NCBI GenBank assembly: GCA_043228905.1
Contig: JBHGNT010000010.1
Location: 8,866,001-8,930,000, forward strand
Length of the DNA stretch: 64,000 bases
Reading direction: 5' to 3'
DNA from: Azolla caroliniana
Taxonomy: Eukaryota; Plantae; Polypodiophyta
Position numbers and translations under genes: made by a program. Shown piece after piece: positions 13,311-26,500 of this stretch; position 1 is the first letter of the stretch; every line of letters starts with the position of its first letter. The notes below the pieces were generated by a model, which worked only from the letters and a program-made list of their open reading frames with translations, was not told the origin of the DNA and ran no database searches.

Positions 13311-14130
13311 TCACACAATGCTAACTTTCTTGTAAGTGTACGAACGTGAGAAAACCAAGAGAACAAGGAAATTTGCTATGCTCAGCCCAGCCATCAACCA
13401 GAAAATGTAGTCTAGATGGCCAATATTGAGATTGTCTGGGATCCATCCGGGCTCACCCGTTACACTAGTCACAACAAAAAGAATGAAGGAATTGAGATAA
13501 CTAGCGACTGTTGCGGAAAGAAGGCAGAAGGCAGAACACAAACTCTTCGTGGAATCGGGTGATTGGTCGTAAAAAAACTCCAGCTTCCCGATGTAAGTAA
13601 AGATGCTGGCAACCCCAACAAGGGCATATTGTGGGATTTGCCAAAATACAGACATAGGGACCGGGATGCTAGTGTCATCGAGAAGGCCATACTCTCGGGC
13701 TAGCTCCAAACGCTTCATTTCGACAATTGCGGCTGCCACCATGGAAAAGACTGACATAACCAATCCTATACCCATCCTTTGTATATGAGAAAACCCCTGC
13801 TGATGTCCTGTGAAGATCCTAGCAATAGGTACAATGAAAGCATCGTATATAGGAACACCTATTATCACACTCAATGTAAAGAACATTGATAATGAGGCTG
13901 CTGGAATGTCGAACATACTACCAACAGATCTGTCCATTGTGGCTCCTTGCTCCACAAACAGAGTGAAGATTTGTAAATAGACTGATGAGTACATAATGGT
14001 TGTGGCCCAAATGGGCACCATCCCCAATATCAACTTTAGCTCCTCTACTTGTGTCACCGTACATAATCGCCATTTGCTCGTCAAGCTCGGGATTTCATCC
14101 TTGCTCACCATTGCAGCCTTGTCGAGACAA
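13311..14130 (-). CDS. NPF exon 5
   Basis: cag|t CLDKAA...YTYKKVSIV stop. Confidence 0.93.
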
Positions 14131-17100
14131 CTGTAAGAAACAAAAGAGAACCAGTTTTTATTCATTCACTCTTCCTTTGATTCAAAAACGTTTCACTAGG
14201 AATCAACATGCATGCTATTATTTCTCTCACATTTTCTGGTTGGTTTTCCCTCTTCCTTTTTCCTTAACACATAATAAGGCCCACATATATTAGACTTGAA
14301 ATGCTCCCATAGCAAACCCTTTTACCTATCATAAAAACTTATATTAGGTACACCACTATATGGCATAATTCCTTTAGAATGCATCCAGTAGCAGATATCC
14401 ACATCTGAAGCCAGAAAAAGGGAAGAACCAAACAGATAAGCATGGCAAAACAACACTAGTTGAAAACATGCAAATAAAAAGAAAAAATTAATGAAAAGGA
14501 TTAGTTTTTCTTTTAGTAAAGACTAGCAAATCCTGATAAAACCTTACACTTCCTACCCCCAACAAAAGTCTCAATAGATTTGCCCTATGTTGCCACAAAG
14601 GTAGTGTTGCGCTTTGTGTCTAGGCATTTTACTAATACTGCATTCTTTTGGAGGAGATTAATCAGGATTTCGACGTCTTCAGCTCACATAGCTTGCAAAG
14701 ATATGTTTCACATTCATTTAGGTTAAAAGGAAGCCACTTACATAAGCACATCTGTGTGCTCCAGCTTTCGGCTCGATACCTCAGTTTCATACAGTTCACT
14801 TGAAACAACCTTTATCTTCCATTTTCTACATGCTGCAACACAGACCTGAAGCATCTGTGTAAGTGGACTGCCGCCTACCTTCTGATACCTATACAGAAAT
14901 GACCCAAACAGAAAAGAAGAAACAGCTATTCCCATTGCAATGGCAGGAATTCCAAAACCCCATACCCAGCTGTAATTATCTTGGATATACACAAGAACAG
15001 TGCTTGAGATAAGTCCTCCAATGCAACTGGAGAAGCCAAACCAATTGAAAAAGGAGCTCATATTCTTGTATTCCATCTCATCATTATTGTCGAATTGATC
15101 GGCTCCAAATGAGTATACACATGGTTTTATGCTCCCATATCCCAATGCTATAAGATAAATTGCAATGTAAAACACTGATAGCTGAGTTGCAGTTGCCTCA
15201 TTTGTCGGCTTTAGTGCTGGAATGGAAGCAGACAATGTCAAAAGTGACATACCCTGCAGCACAGCAACATCACTTAACATTGTTCATTTTAGACATGGTT
15301 TAAGGCATTCATATGCATAAGTTATGTGCTTACTACAAAGTATAGAACAGAAAATCCTGCAATTGTCCAGTATCGCCCCAAATATTCATCAGCTAAAAAT
15401 GCCCCGATGAATGGCGAGATATAGCAAATTCCCGTCCAATTGTTTACATTAGTTGCAGCAGCAGCATTTCCCTGATGTAGTATAGTTGTCATGTAGGTAA
15501 CGAGGTTCATACTTATGCCAGAGTATGCAAACCATTCGCAACTTTCATGTGCTAAATGCAAATGCCAAAAGAATGCATTATCAACAATAGCAGAGATGGC
15601 ATAATTCAATAGCAACGGCTTAATTTCATGAAGTTCTTGCATTTCAACAATTTGGAGTTTTAAGGGGAATGCGTAAATATTTAAAAGTGTTTTAAAAGAA
15701 GATATTAAGATGTATCTAGTATTCACTACGACAGTCTTCCCAACCATACAAAGTCTGGGATAGGTTAGTTAAAGCATTTTCATGCATGAGAATGTTCCTG
15801 CTTCCATGTATATTCATTAATATCTACAATATTCGAACACCCAAGATATCCTCGCATACTCTCCCTATGAGCAAGTTGGTTTGCATATGGAGTTGTTCCA
15901 AATCATATCAGACATCAAATTTTAATGACATATGTAAACATTGGTATCCCTAGAAATCTCCAGAGAAGAGTTACTAGGAGGAAAGGTCAAAGTGTACATG
16001 AGGAGAGTCCTTGGGGTCTTTAGCTCCCAGAAATAGAGGGGCAAAGAGACTCCTTTAAGCTATGAAACTCCCACCATCTCTATACAATTACCATAGTGTG
16101 CCTTTGGGAGGCACTTTGTGAGAGCATACATAGAATTCCGCGACATGTTGACCTTGATCAATGAAATCAGCCCATCTTCAATTATCTCTCTGATGAAGTG
16201 GTACCACACATCAACATGATTTTTATGTGCATGTTTTACCCTGAACTATGGAACTCTGGCTATATCAACCAAGGATAACTTTCCTCTTAGGCATCCCAAA
16301 ACTCACACATAGGCATGCTGAGCATATGGCTTCCTTGGACGCCTAATTAGCTGAATTATATTCAGCCTCTATGGCAGATAGAGCAACTGTATCTGAAGTC
16401 TACCGCACTATGAAATAGCAATATTTGCCAATGTATAAATGTAGCAGTTGATATACAGTTATCCAAATCACCTGCCATGCGTGAGTCAAAGAATCCCTAT
16501 CCATAACATATAAATTTTGTCTTTGTCACTTTCAAGTACTTCATTATTGTCTTGACAACAGCATCCCAATATGCCTTACTAGGATTAGCCATAAACCAGG
16601 TCACAACCCCCACTATGTTAGCAATATTTGATCTAGTGGCAACTATGACATATATGGCTGATGCATAAGGAACATCAACTTTTGGGTGGCACATATGTCC
16701 TTTTGCATCAGCCATATTAAACTTGCCTACGATTTTTTCAATGTACTTTTTCCTTTGACAGATAGAGAAAATGCTTTTAATCATCAAACACAAAAGGTGG
16801 TCAGTATTGTTGTTTATTTTGATTCTTGAGTTGGTATTACGAATCATCCCGATTCCGCTCCATATCCCCATCAAGTGGTATCAGAGCGAGGTTCATACCC
16901 TCCGCAAAGACTTGGAATATGGATGAATCATTAGGGGGGATGATTAAATTAACGGGATCCAACTACTCCATTTGGAGATCTAAAATGAGAGACATGTTGG
17001 TGTGTAAAGACATGTGGCTCCCCATACTACATGGTCAAAGCAAACCTGAAGACATAAATGCATCAACTTGGGATGCAATGCATCTAAAAACAACATCATA

Positions 17101-20100
17101 TATACGTTGTTTCATAGATATGAGTCTATATAACAATTTTGTAGATGAAACCAAGGCACACGAACTATGGGGGAAAATAGAAACCATGTTTCAGACTAAA
17201 AATGCCTTGAATAGGGTCTCGGTGTTTAGGAAACTTGTAAGACTTAGATACCAAGATGGCTCTAGTATGGCAGAGCATCTTAACACTTTTCAAGGACTTG
17301 TAAGTCAAACAATCTCCCTAGAAATACCTTTAGCACATGAGGTGTTGACTTTGTTGTTGTTAGGCTCTCTCCCAGATAGTTGGGAAACCCTTGTCGTGAC
17401 GCTTGGGACCGCAACACAATATAAGGAGCTAACATTGGATTCGCTCAAATCGAGTTTTTTGCATGAAGAAGCACGACGAAAGGAGCATGAATCTAATAAT
17501 GAGGAAGCCTTGCTCATAGAAAAGAATCCCGATAGGGGAAGACGCCATACTCGGGGTCCACAAGGTCATAGAAATAATGATGAGGGGAGGTCAAAATCTA
17601 GAGGTAGGAAAGACTTCAAGAAAGACTTCACGTGTCGTTATTGTGGTGGTCCAAACCATTATGAGAGAGACTGTTGGAAGAAAAAGAAAGACCAAAAGAA
17701 AGGAACCACCGACAATAAGAGCAATGAACCCACTACAGCCACTTGTGATGGCGACATTGTCATTGCATGTGATGATGCGTGTGTTAGCTTAGCATGCCAA
17801 CAAACTGATTGGATTATTGACTCGGGAGCCTCGTATCACATTACTCCATATGGAGAGATGTTCTCGACATATGCCGGTGGTGACTTTGGTAAAGTCAAAA
17901 TGGCGAACCACGGCATAACAGAGGTTGTTGGCATGGGAAATATAATTCTAACCACGGACACGGGTTGCAAACTAGTATTAAATTATGTTAGGCATGTACC
18001 GGACATTCGGCTGAATATTATTTCAGTCGGTAAGCTTGATGATGAGGGTTACACAAATTCCTTCGGTGAAGGAAAATGGAAGCTCATCAAAGGCTCGCTA
18101 GTATTAGCAAGATGCCTAAAACAGAATTCTCTCTACGTAATGCGTGTTATGGTGTCCAATGGGGAGGTGAATGTAGCCGATAAGGAAGTTCCCATTGAAT
18201 TGTGGCACAAGAGACTTGGGCACATGAGTCAAAAAGGACTCGAGGTGCTAGCTAGAAAGAACATCCTACCTGAGATAAGAGGTATGCACTTAGAAACTTG
18301 TGTTGATTGCTTGGCCGGCAAACAACACAGAGTTGCCTTTCAACATCTGCCCCCAAAAAGAAAATCTCAGCCATTGGAATTGGTGCACACGGACTTGTGC
18401 TATATGAAAGATAGAACTCTTGGGGGAGCATTGTACTTTGCCACATTTATCGATGACTTCTCGAGGAAGTTGTGGTGCTTTGCATTAAAGACTAAAGATC
18501 AAGTGTTTGAAATCTTTAGGAACTTTCATGTAAGTGTGGAAAGAGAAACAGGAAGAAAGCTTAAATGTATCCGTGCCGATAACGGCGGTGAATATCAGGG
18601 ACGATTTGAGGAATATTGTCATGAGCATGGTATTAGACTAGAGAGAAGTGTCCCGAAAACACCTCAGCACAATGGCGTGGCTGAGAGGATGAATAGGACA
18701 ATTTGTGAGCGGATAAGATGCATGCTATCCCATTCAAAATTACCGAAATCTTTTTGGGGTGAAGCAATGAGGACTGTCGTTGACCTCATTAATCTGTCCC
18801 CATCAATCCCTTTGGATGGTGATGTACCAGAAAGGGTTTGGACAGGTAAGGAGGTGTCATACAAACACTTAAGAGTGTTTGGTTGCAAGGCTTATGTCCA
18901 CATCCCAAAAGATGAAAGATCCAAGCTTGATGACAAATGCAAACCATGCATATTTTTGGGATACGGCCATGAGGAATTCGGCTATAGACTTTATGACCCA
19001 ATAGAGAAAAAGGTCATTAGAAGCAGGGATGTGGTATTCCTTGAGGATCAGACCTTACAAGATCCGGAGCCGAATGAAATGCCGAATCTCACCCCTAATT
19101 TTTCAGTCACTGAACACCCAATGCCTGCCCCAGACACACAAGGTCATGGGGGAGATACCGAGGAGTATGATGATATGGCTGATGATGCAGCCAACGATGA
19201 TGACGGGCAATATCATGACCATCATACTCTAGGTGACAATTCAGCAGCTCCTCCGGAAGAAGAAGAGGTTAGAAGGTCTATGAGACAAAGAAGACCTTCT
19301 ACTAGATACAGCCCACATGAATATGTGATGCTTTCAGATGGAGGAGAGCCAAAAAGCTTTAGAGAAGCTATGGCAAATGATCATAAGGAGGAATGGCTTG
19401 ACGCCATGAATGATGAGATGAAGTCTTTGCTAGACAATCACACTTATGATCTTGTAAAGCTGCCTAAGGGCAAGAGAGCGCTGAAAAACAAATGGGTTTA
19501 CAGGCTCAAGACTGAGGAACATTGCTCACAACCAAGATACAAGGCAAGATTGGTTGTGAAAGGGTTCAGCCAGAAAAAGGGAATTGATTTCGAGGAGATT
19601 TTCTCACCAGTGTTGAAGATGTCCTCGATCAGAGTTGTACTTGGGATCGCAGCTAGTCTCGATCTGGAAGTTGAGCAACTTCATGTAAAAACCGCCTTCC
19701 TCCATGGCGATTTGGAAGAAGAGATTTACATGGATCAACCTGAAGGATTCAAAGTCAAAGGTAAGGAAAACCTGGTATGCAAGTAAAATAAGAGCTTGTA
19801 TGGCCTAAAACAAGCTCCTAGACTTTGGTACAAAAAGTTTGACTCTTTTATGCTGAACCATGGGTATAATAGAACAAACACAGACCATTGTGTGTTTGTT
19901 AAGAAATTCCCAGATGGGGATTTTGTCATTTTGCTCCTGTATGTTGATGATATGTTGATCGTTTGTCAAGACACCAACAAGATTGAGAAGCTGAAAAAGG
20001 AACTCAGCAAATCTTTTGCAATGAAAGACTTGGGACCAGCCAAGCAAATCCTTGGGATGAAGATAACCAGGGACAGGGCAAATAAAAGACTTTGGCTATC

Positions 20101-21011
20101 TCAAGAAAAGTACATTGAGAAGGTACTTGAGAGATTCAACATGGCTAAGAGTAAGCCGGTCAACACTCCACTCGCGGGCCACTTTAAACTTAGCTCAGCT
20201 CAATGCCCTACGAGTGATGAAGAGCAAGAAGAAATGACACAAATACCATATGCCTCTGCAGTCGGCAGTTTAATGTATGCTATGGTATGCACGAGGCCGG
20301 ACATTGCTCACGCAGTTGGTGTAGTGAGCCATTTCCTCTCAAACCCTGGAAAAGATCATTGGGAAGCAGTGAAATGGATCTTGCGATATCTGAGGGGTAC
20401 CTCAAGAGTCTGTCTAAAATTTGGTGAGAACCAAACTATATTAGATGGATATACAGATGCCGATATGGCTGGTGATGTTGACTCCAGAAAGTCTACATCT
20501 GGTTACCTAATGATCTTTGCAGGGGGAGCAGTCTCTTGGCAATCGAGATTGCAAAAATGTGTGGCATTATCCACAACGGAGGCCGAGTATATTGCTGTCA
20601 CAGAAGCTAGTAAGGAATTGTTATGGCTAAAGAAATTCCTACAAGAGTTGGGGCTGACTCAAGAAAAATACATCTTGTATTGTGACAGCCAAAGTGCTAT
20701 ACACTTAAGTAAGAATTCTTTCTTTCATTCCAAGTCAAAACACATAGATGTTAGATACCATTGGATTAGAGATGTGCTTGAAGAAAAGCAAATGCACATT
20801 GAAAAGATTCACACAAATGAGAATGGTTCTGACATGATGACAAAATGTTTGTCAAGGGAGAAGCTTGAAGTTTGCAAACAAAAGGCAAACCTAGTTGTGC
20901 CTCCCACTTGAGATGGAGGGGGAGAATTGTTGGGGCCTGTCCACTCAAGTGGAGCCCACAATGTTAAGTCGGCTAAACGCCGAATACAACTTAAAACTAA
21001 TTAGTTACATT

Positions 21012-21056
<45 letters not shown>

Positions 21057-23532
21057 GTTTCCTCTCTTTCTTTTTTGTATGTTTTTGGGCGTGTGTCTTT
21101 TTTGTTTTGTTTTGTTCAGGTGTGAAAACAGATTCGAAAAAGGACGTTGCCCTACAAGGCTGAGGGAAGAGGGGCAGACGTAAAAACTGTGACAACGAAA
21201 GAGAGTGCAGAAAAAAACAGAGAATATACAAGTGTGATACAATCTGATTTTGTGAGTGAAAAAACAGAGAGTAAAAACAGAAAACTAAGAGGGAAGTCTT
21301 CGAGAAAGACAGAGAAAGATAGAGAAAAACGAAGTGCATAAGAAAACATATCTAAGAGGCTGAAAACAGAGATTCGACAAAAAGAGGTGTGTAAGAAGAC
21401 ACAAGAAATCAGAAGTGAACAAGTGAACAAGTGTGAGAGCTCGAGAACAAGGTGATCGAGAACGAGAACTCGTTGCAAGTGTAAAGACGGAGATCTAGTG
21501 AGGTGTTGTTTGGACCACAGCAACTCTTCCGTTTACTCGTAACAGGTTTACTTGTTTGTGTTTCTTTTGGGTTTTTCTTTTGGTTGTTTATCTTATTTGG
21601 TAGGGTGAACATTGTATCCAAGGCGGTAGCCTTGAAATATAAGTGCATATCTCTAGAGTAAACTCTTGAGGCTATATACGCCTTGTACACTCAGAAATTA
21701 GTGAATTTGTTTTGGAACCTAAGGTTCCCGTGGTTTTTCCCAATTTTTGGGTTTTCCACGTTAAAATTTGGTGTACTCTCTTTTTGTGTTGTGGTGTTGT
21801 TTATTTTGATTCTTGAGTTGGTATTACGAATCATCCCGATTCCGTTCCATATCCCCATCAAGTATTACCAAGATGTTTCATAGAAGATGTAGCATTCAGC
21901 TAGTCTTTTGGAGCATCCAATGTGCTTTTTTTCTTCGTGGAAAGAAACATATTATCAATGTATAGCACAGGAATATGGCACTTCATATGAGTCCCTTTTG
22001 CTGTACAATCAGGGCCTCCATGGCTCTACTTATGAATCGGCAACGGCTCGGCTCAAGCCTAAACAGAATAGTTAAACCTTGATTAAATGGTTTGGCGGTT
22101 CGGTTCGGTTCGGTTCGGTTCAAGCTTGAGCCTCCTTAACCGGTTTTGAGCTCAGTTTGGCAAGGCTCAAGCCGAACTGGACAGTTTAGGGCCAAACTGA
22201 TTCGGGCCTACATGGCTCTACTCGAAATCTTGGGAAACATGAAGGAGTCAAACTTCTTATATCACACTATAGAGGGGTGTGTTCACATAAAATAATATGA
22301 AAATGCCCACACTTACACGTATGCCCATTATAAAACATTGACTTAGACACATATAAATAGACATTCACGTTACTTTACTCACATCTACATATATACATAG
22401 AACGTAATATTCGTGTTCGTGGTAGCATTCAATAATATTCGTGTTCGTGGTAGCATTCAAACGTTTGAATACGTTTGGAAACGAACACGTTGGAAAGGGG
22501 AAAAATATGTGTTCCTTTTTTTTTTTACTTTTTTTTTACTTTTTTTACTTTTTTTTACTTCTCTCTTTCTCTCTCTCCTCCTCATGAATCTTCTTCTGCT
22601 ACTCATGATCAGAACGCCACTCATCCGCCATATCTTGGTGACCATGATTTCTCCAACGATTCTGTTGTGTCTTCTGGTATGGCTATGGCATTCTTCTTTA
22701 CAACGACTCTGCCGCCAGGCCATGGATGCAATGATCCATGGTTTCTGCTACATCTCAGCCTCCTCAGTATAATTCATGGGGAGCGATGGGGAGCTCTGGG
22801 CAATAGGTGTGGCTCATGATCGTGGAGAGGATGAGGGAGGAGATCCTTAGAGCTAGGGACATGCTCAGAGCCAACATTAATCTCAAGAACACCGTGATGA
22901 TGAGCAAGAAGAACAGAAGCTTGATCCACCATGTCGATGAGAATCAGATGAATCATAGTCATGGTGATCCTCATAATCAGATGAATGATAGCCATGGACC
23001 ATGGTGATCCTCAAAAACAAAATCAGAATCAGAGTCATCACGATGATGGCGATGATCTGAAAAATATGAAAAATATGAAGAATCTGAGGACGACGAAGAG
23101 AAGGAAGTGAATGGTCTTGGGAATACTGCCATTGAAGTTGAAGCTTTAGCTCATAACACTTGCCACTCTCTTGCTCTATCCCCCTCTTTCTCTCTCTTTC
23201 TAATGTTAAGTATTTTAAGCATTTCTAAAGTATTGAAACTACCTACCACTCTCTTGTTCTGTCTCCCTCTTTCTCTCTCTTTCTAATGTTTAGTACTTTA
23301 ATAATTTCTAAAGTATTGAAACCTATTACATGTGATTCAATCAATACCATTCTTATGTATCCAATCCAACGTTAAGATGATTTACCATACACGTATTATT
23401 GAATCATTCGCGAATGCGAATGCACGTATGATACGAATGGTTCATTCTATGCATATATACATATATTCATGCATACAATTGAGGTCATGCACTTACACAC
23501 CCACACCCGCAAATACTCACATATGTATACTC

Positions 23533-23580
<48 letters not shown>

Positions 23581-26500
23581 TATACATAATTAAATTTATA
23601 CACACTCGCATATACATGTGCAAGAGACCTTCCGATCACACAAGAGATTTGAAGAAATGAAATTTATTCTCTTTGAAAATACATCTTAATATCATCGAGA
23701 ACTATATTCCCGAAGTCTTGACATTCCCATCCTCCCTCATTCAGGTTCCCAATGGTCACATTCACGCGCGTATCTTCGTGACAGTGTGAAGGAACCAAAA
23801 TGTTAGGTTGTTCTAGGTAACTAATTTGTAAAGAAAGTCTCGTATAAAGGATGAATTTTATGTTTATAAATATGTTTGAACTTATGTGTGTAGGTAAATG
23901 TATGTTTTTATGTATATGTATGTGTATAAGAATTAAGTATTGGGAGGGTAGAGGGTAAATTTACACATTGGTTTATGAAGGGTAGAGGGATTAGGGTTTG
24001 GTGTAAATACAAATGAAAGGATAAAGCATAAAGAAGAGCTACAAAGGTCTCCAAAGAGTGGCTTTTATAGTCTTTTACAATGATAGTGGTTTCCTTATGC
24101 ACAACGCCACCCATTAGGTACAAGCTTTTTTAATGGAATATACTTTATCCCCTTTGCCTACTATCTTGTGGAGATCATTATCTTCACAACTTGTCTCTAG
24201 GAAGGCATATACTTAGTGGTTGGCCGTTGTCAGGTGACATTAGCCAACGTCACCTACAAGTAAACCGTGGATGTTTTGCAAAAGCAATGGCGGCTATCAA
24301 TGTATGGTGGCCGGCAACAAGCAGCAATAAATATGTGGATTCTTGACAATGGACAAGTAGTGGTAACAGTCGAGCTTGGAATCGGAGGCTCGAATACTCG
24401 GTCAAAGTGGGGAACCTTTGACTCGGATGGCAGATCCTTAACAACGGTTGGTTGATGTTGGGTGACATTAGCCAACGTTGTCGTGGGGGATTCCGGCCAC
24501 TAGGAGAAAAACTTCGCGAGCGCATGTGAACAAGGGGATGGACGGATGCACATGAAAAGGGCCTTGTGTATAAACATTTCTAAATATCGAAGTAATAATA
24601 AGTATGAGGCAAAATATTTTAATGGGTACTTTATGATCCCACAAAAAGAGGGGAATAACGGTTAGTGAGGGTAGGAAATCGAGGGGAGGATCTCTGACGG
24701 AAAAACGATTGTGATAACAGCCTGATGTAACGTCGACCTTCCCTCTCCTTGGAGCCATAAAAGGGAGGGAAGGCGACTGTTAGAGGGATTGGTCGTTTTG
24801 GAGGGGGAGGTGTTGTTGGTTTGCAATCTTGAGTGTTTAGGGTTTCTGCTATGTGAATTTGTTTGGGTAGGGTGAGGCCTCTGCTCACGTAGGAAGTTCG
24901 TGTGCTCCCAACCAGAGACTCACTAGTCTGTGTGTATGTTGAGCTCAAAGCTCTGCTGACCGGCCGGGGGGCCATCTCTTGTATTCTCTTTCTATATTTA
25001 ATTGATTATTTGATATTGCTATTTCTGGGTGCTCTCCACGTGTGGTGTCAATATTCAAATCTTATTTGTGGTGTCCGCGAGGGTGTCACTCTTCTCTCTC
25101 TTGTTTTGCGTTTACTCATTGTGTTAGAGAGCTCGTGTGCTCATATAATTTCCAGAATTCGGGGACAGAGCCGGATTGGATACAGTTCTACGAGCCCGTG
25201 TGCTCACTAAACATACTTTGGTAACCAGTCTAGAATGGTCGCTACAATCCTCCGCTGCCGCTCATTCTTAAGGTCCTTGATCCAAGACCCCGGTGGTCCC
25301 GCCTAAGCTAATCTGCTAGCCGTAGACTTCCGCGACATCTTTGGTGAACTTGACGTGAAAGGGTGGCAAAGGAGTTTCAGGATGAGGGGGGGCGAGCTTG
25401 TTGAAGCAATGGCGGCCGTCGTGGACCGCCTCATGAATGCTCGAGAGAGCTTGGGAGGCCTCGACAGGGCCATAGAAACAATAGTCGGCACAACTGGCCG
25501 ATTTACTAGGAAGGAAGTCACAAATTACCTAGAGGCCTTCAAGGCCAAAATGCTAATGAGAGACATTCTGGTTGATAGACGGTTGTCCGGGTTTTTCTGA
25601 GTCATCACACTAGGAATCTACGCAAAGGTGCTTGAATTACAGGCCGATTGTCGAAACTGGTCGTAGTTCGAGGAGAGGCTCATTGAGAAATATGGCTTCG
25701 ACGACTCGCTCCAGTTGTCGAAGAGAGAGCTCATGGAGTGAGTGGAACTATCATGATAAGGCAATATGTTGTAATACAAAGGATATTATTTTCATTTAAG
25801 TTTTACTATAGAAAATTGATGTATATTCTTGATTTTTTTGGAACATTCTAGAAACTTCAGGAGTACTCCTGAGAACACTATAAGAGGTACAACGTATTAT
25901 TTCGAACCAAATCGGTTCAACACCAATCTTAAGCCTCCTAGCTACTATTGTATATTCCCTTAACATAATATATATCTTTTGTTATCCTCATTCTCTCTCT
26001 CTCTCTCTCTCGATCTCTCTCTCTCACTCACTCTTTCCTTCTCTCGAGAGTTCTACACCTCCCTTAGTACTAATCATCATCTTTTAATACTAATTCCTTC
26101 TCTGTTTTAGTACTATTCCTAACAGTACTTCTCTGTCTTAGTACTACTCTTGACAGTTTGAACCGATTTTTCTCTCCTTCCTTCTCTTCCTTTATCTTCT
26201 TACTTCTCCCTCCCTTCATACTAATCTCTTATTCCTCTTTTCTCTCATACTATGGCCACTGTTAGCGCTCAAGAATATCAATCCGTTTTCTCAGAGTTGC
26301 AATGCTTGAAAGAGAAGTTCCTTGCTTTGGAACAATTAAATCAACCGTTGTTGGGGGATCTTCAACAAATCTCCTTAGAAAAGCAACAAATGCAACAACA
26401 ACATGGGGAACTAGTGGTACGCATGCAACAACTCAAAGCAACCTTAGTAGCGATGCAACAACAAGGACCCAATATGCAAGGGATTCATAAAGAACCCAAG

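Larger units (their letters stand above)
15950..22280 (-). mobile_element. Old, degraded copia RT/RNase H remnant, split by the younger copia (16808-21860) and a small insertion (22027-22210)
   Basis: KKFDSFM at ~22250, LYIDNM at ~21960, KKYIEKIVGKFNM / VPYASA at 16500-16790, HVDVWYHFIRE at ~16200. Confidence 0.7.

Noticed and set aside
19784-19786. Programmed stop-codon readthrough in the copia pol
   Set aside because: The stop falls inside the conserved RT motif VCKLxKSLYG, so a TTA>TAA point mutation is the simpler explanation.
20997-21883. ORFs in the copia 3' LTR and other F/S/L- or K/R/E-rich ORFs (e.g. 44464-45023, 52052-52651, 58442-58923)
   Set aside because: Low-complexity artefacts of CT/AG-rich repeats, with no domain motifs.
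23538-23577. Microsatellites (TA)n here and at ~21015, (AG)n at ~42650, (TC)n at ~46620
   Set aside because: Ordinary simple repeats inside TEs.
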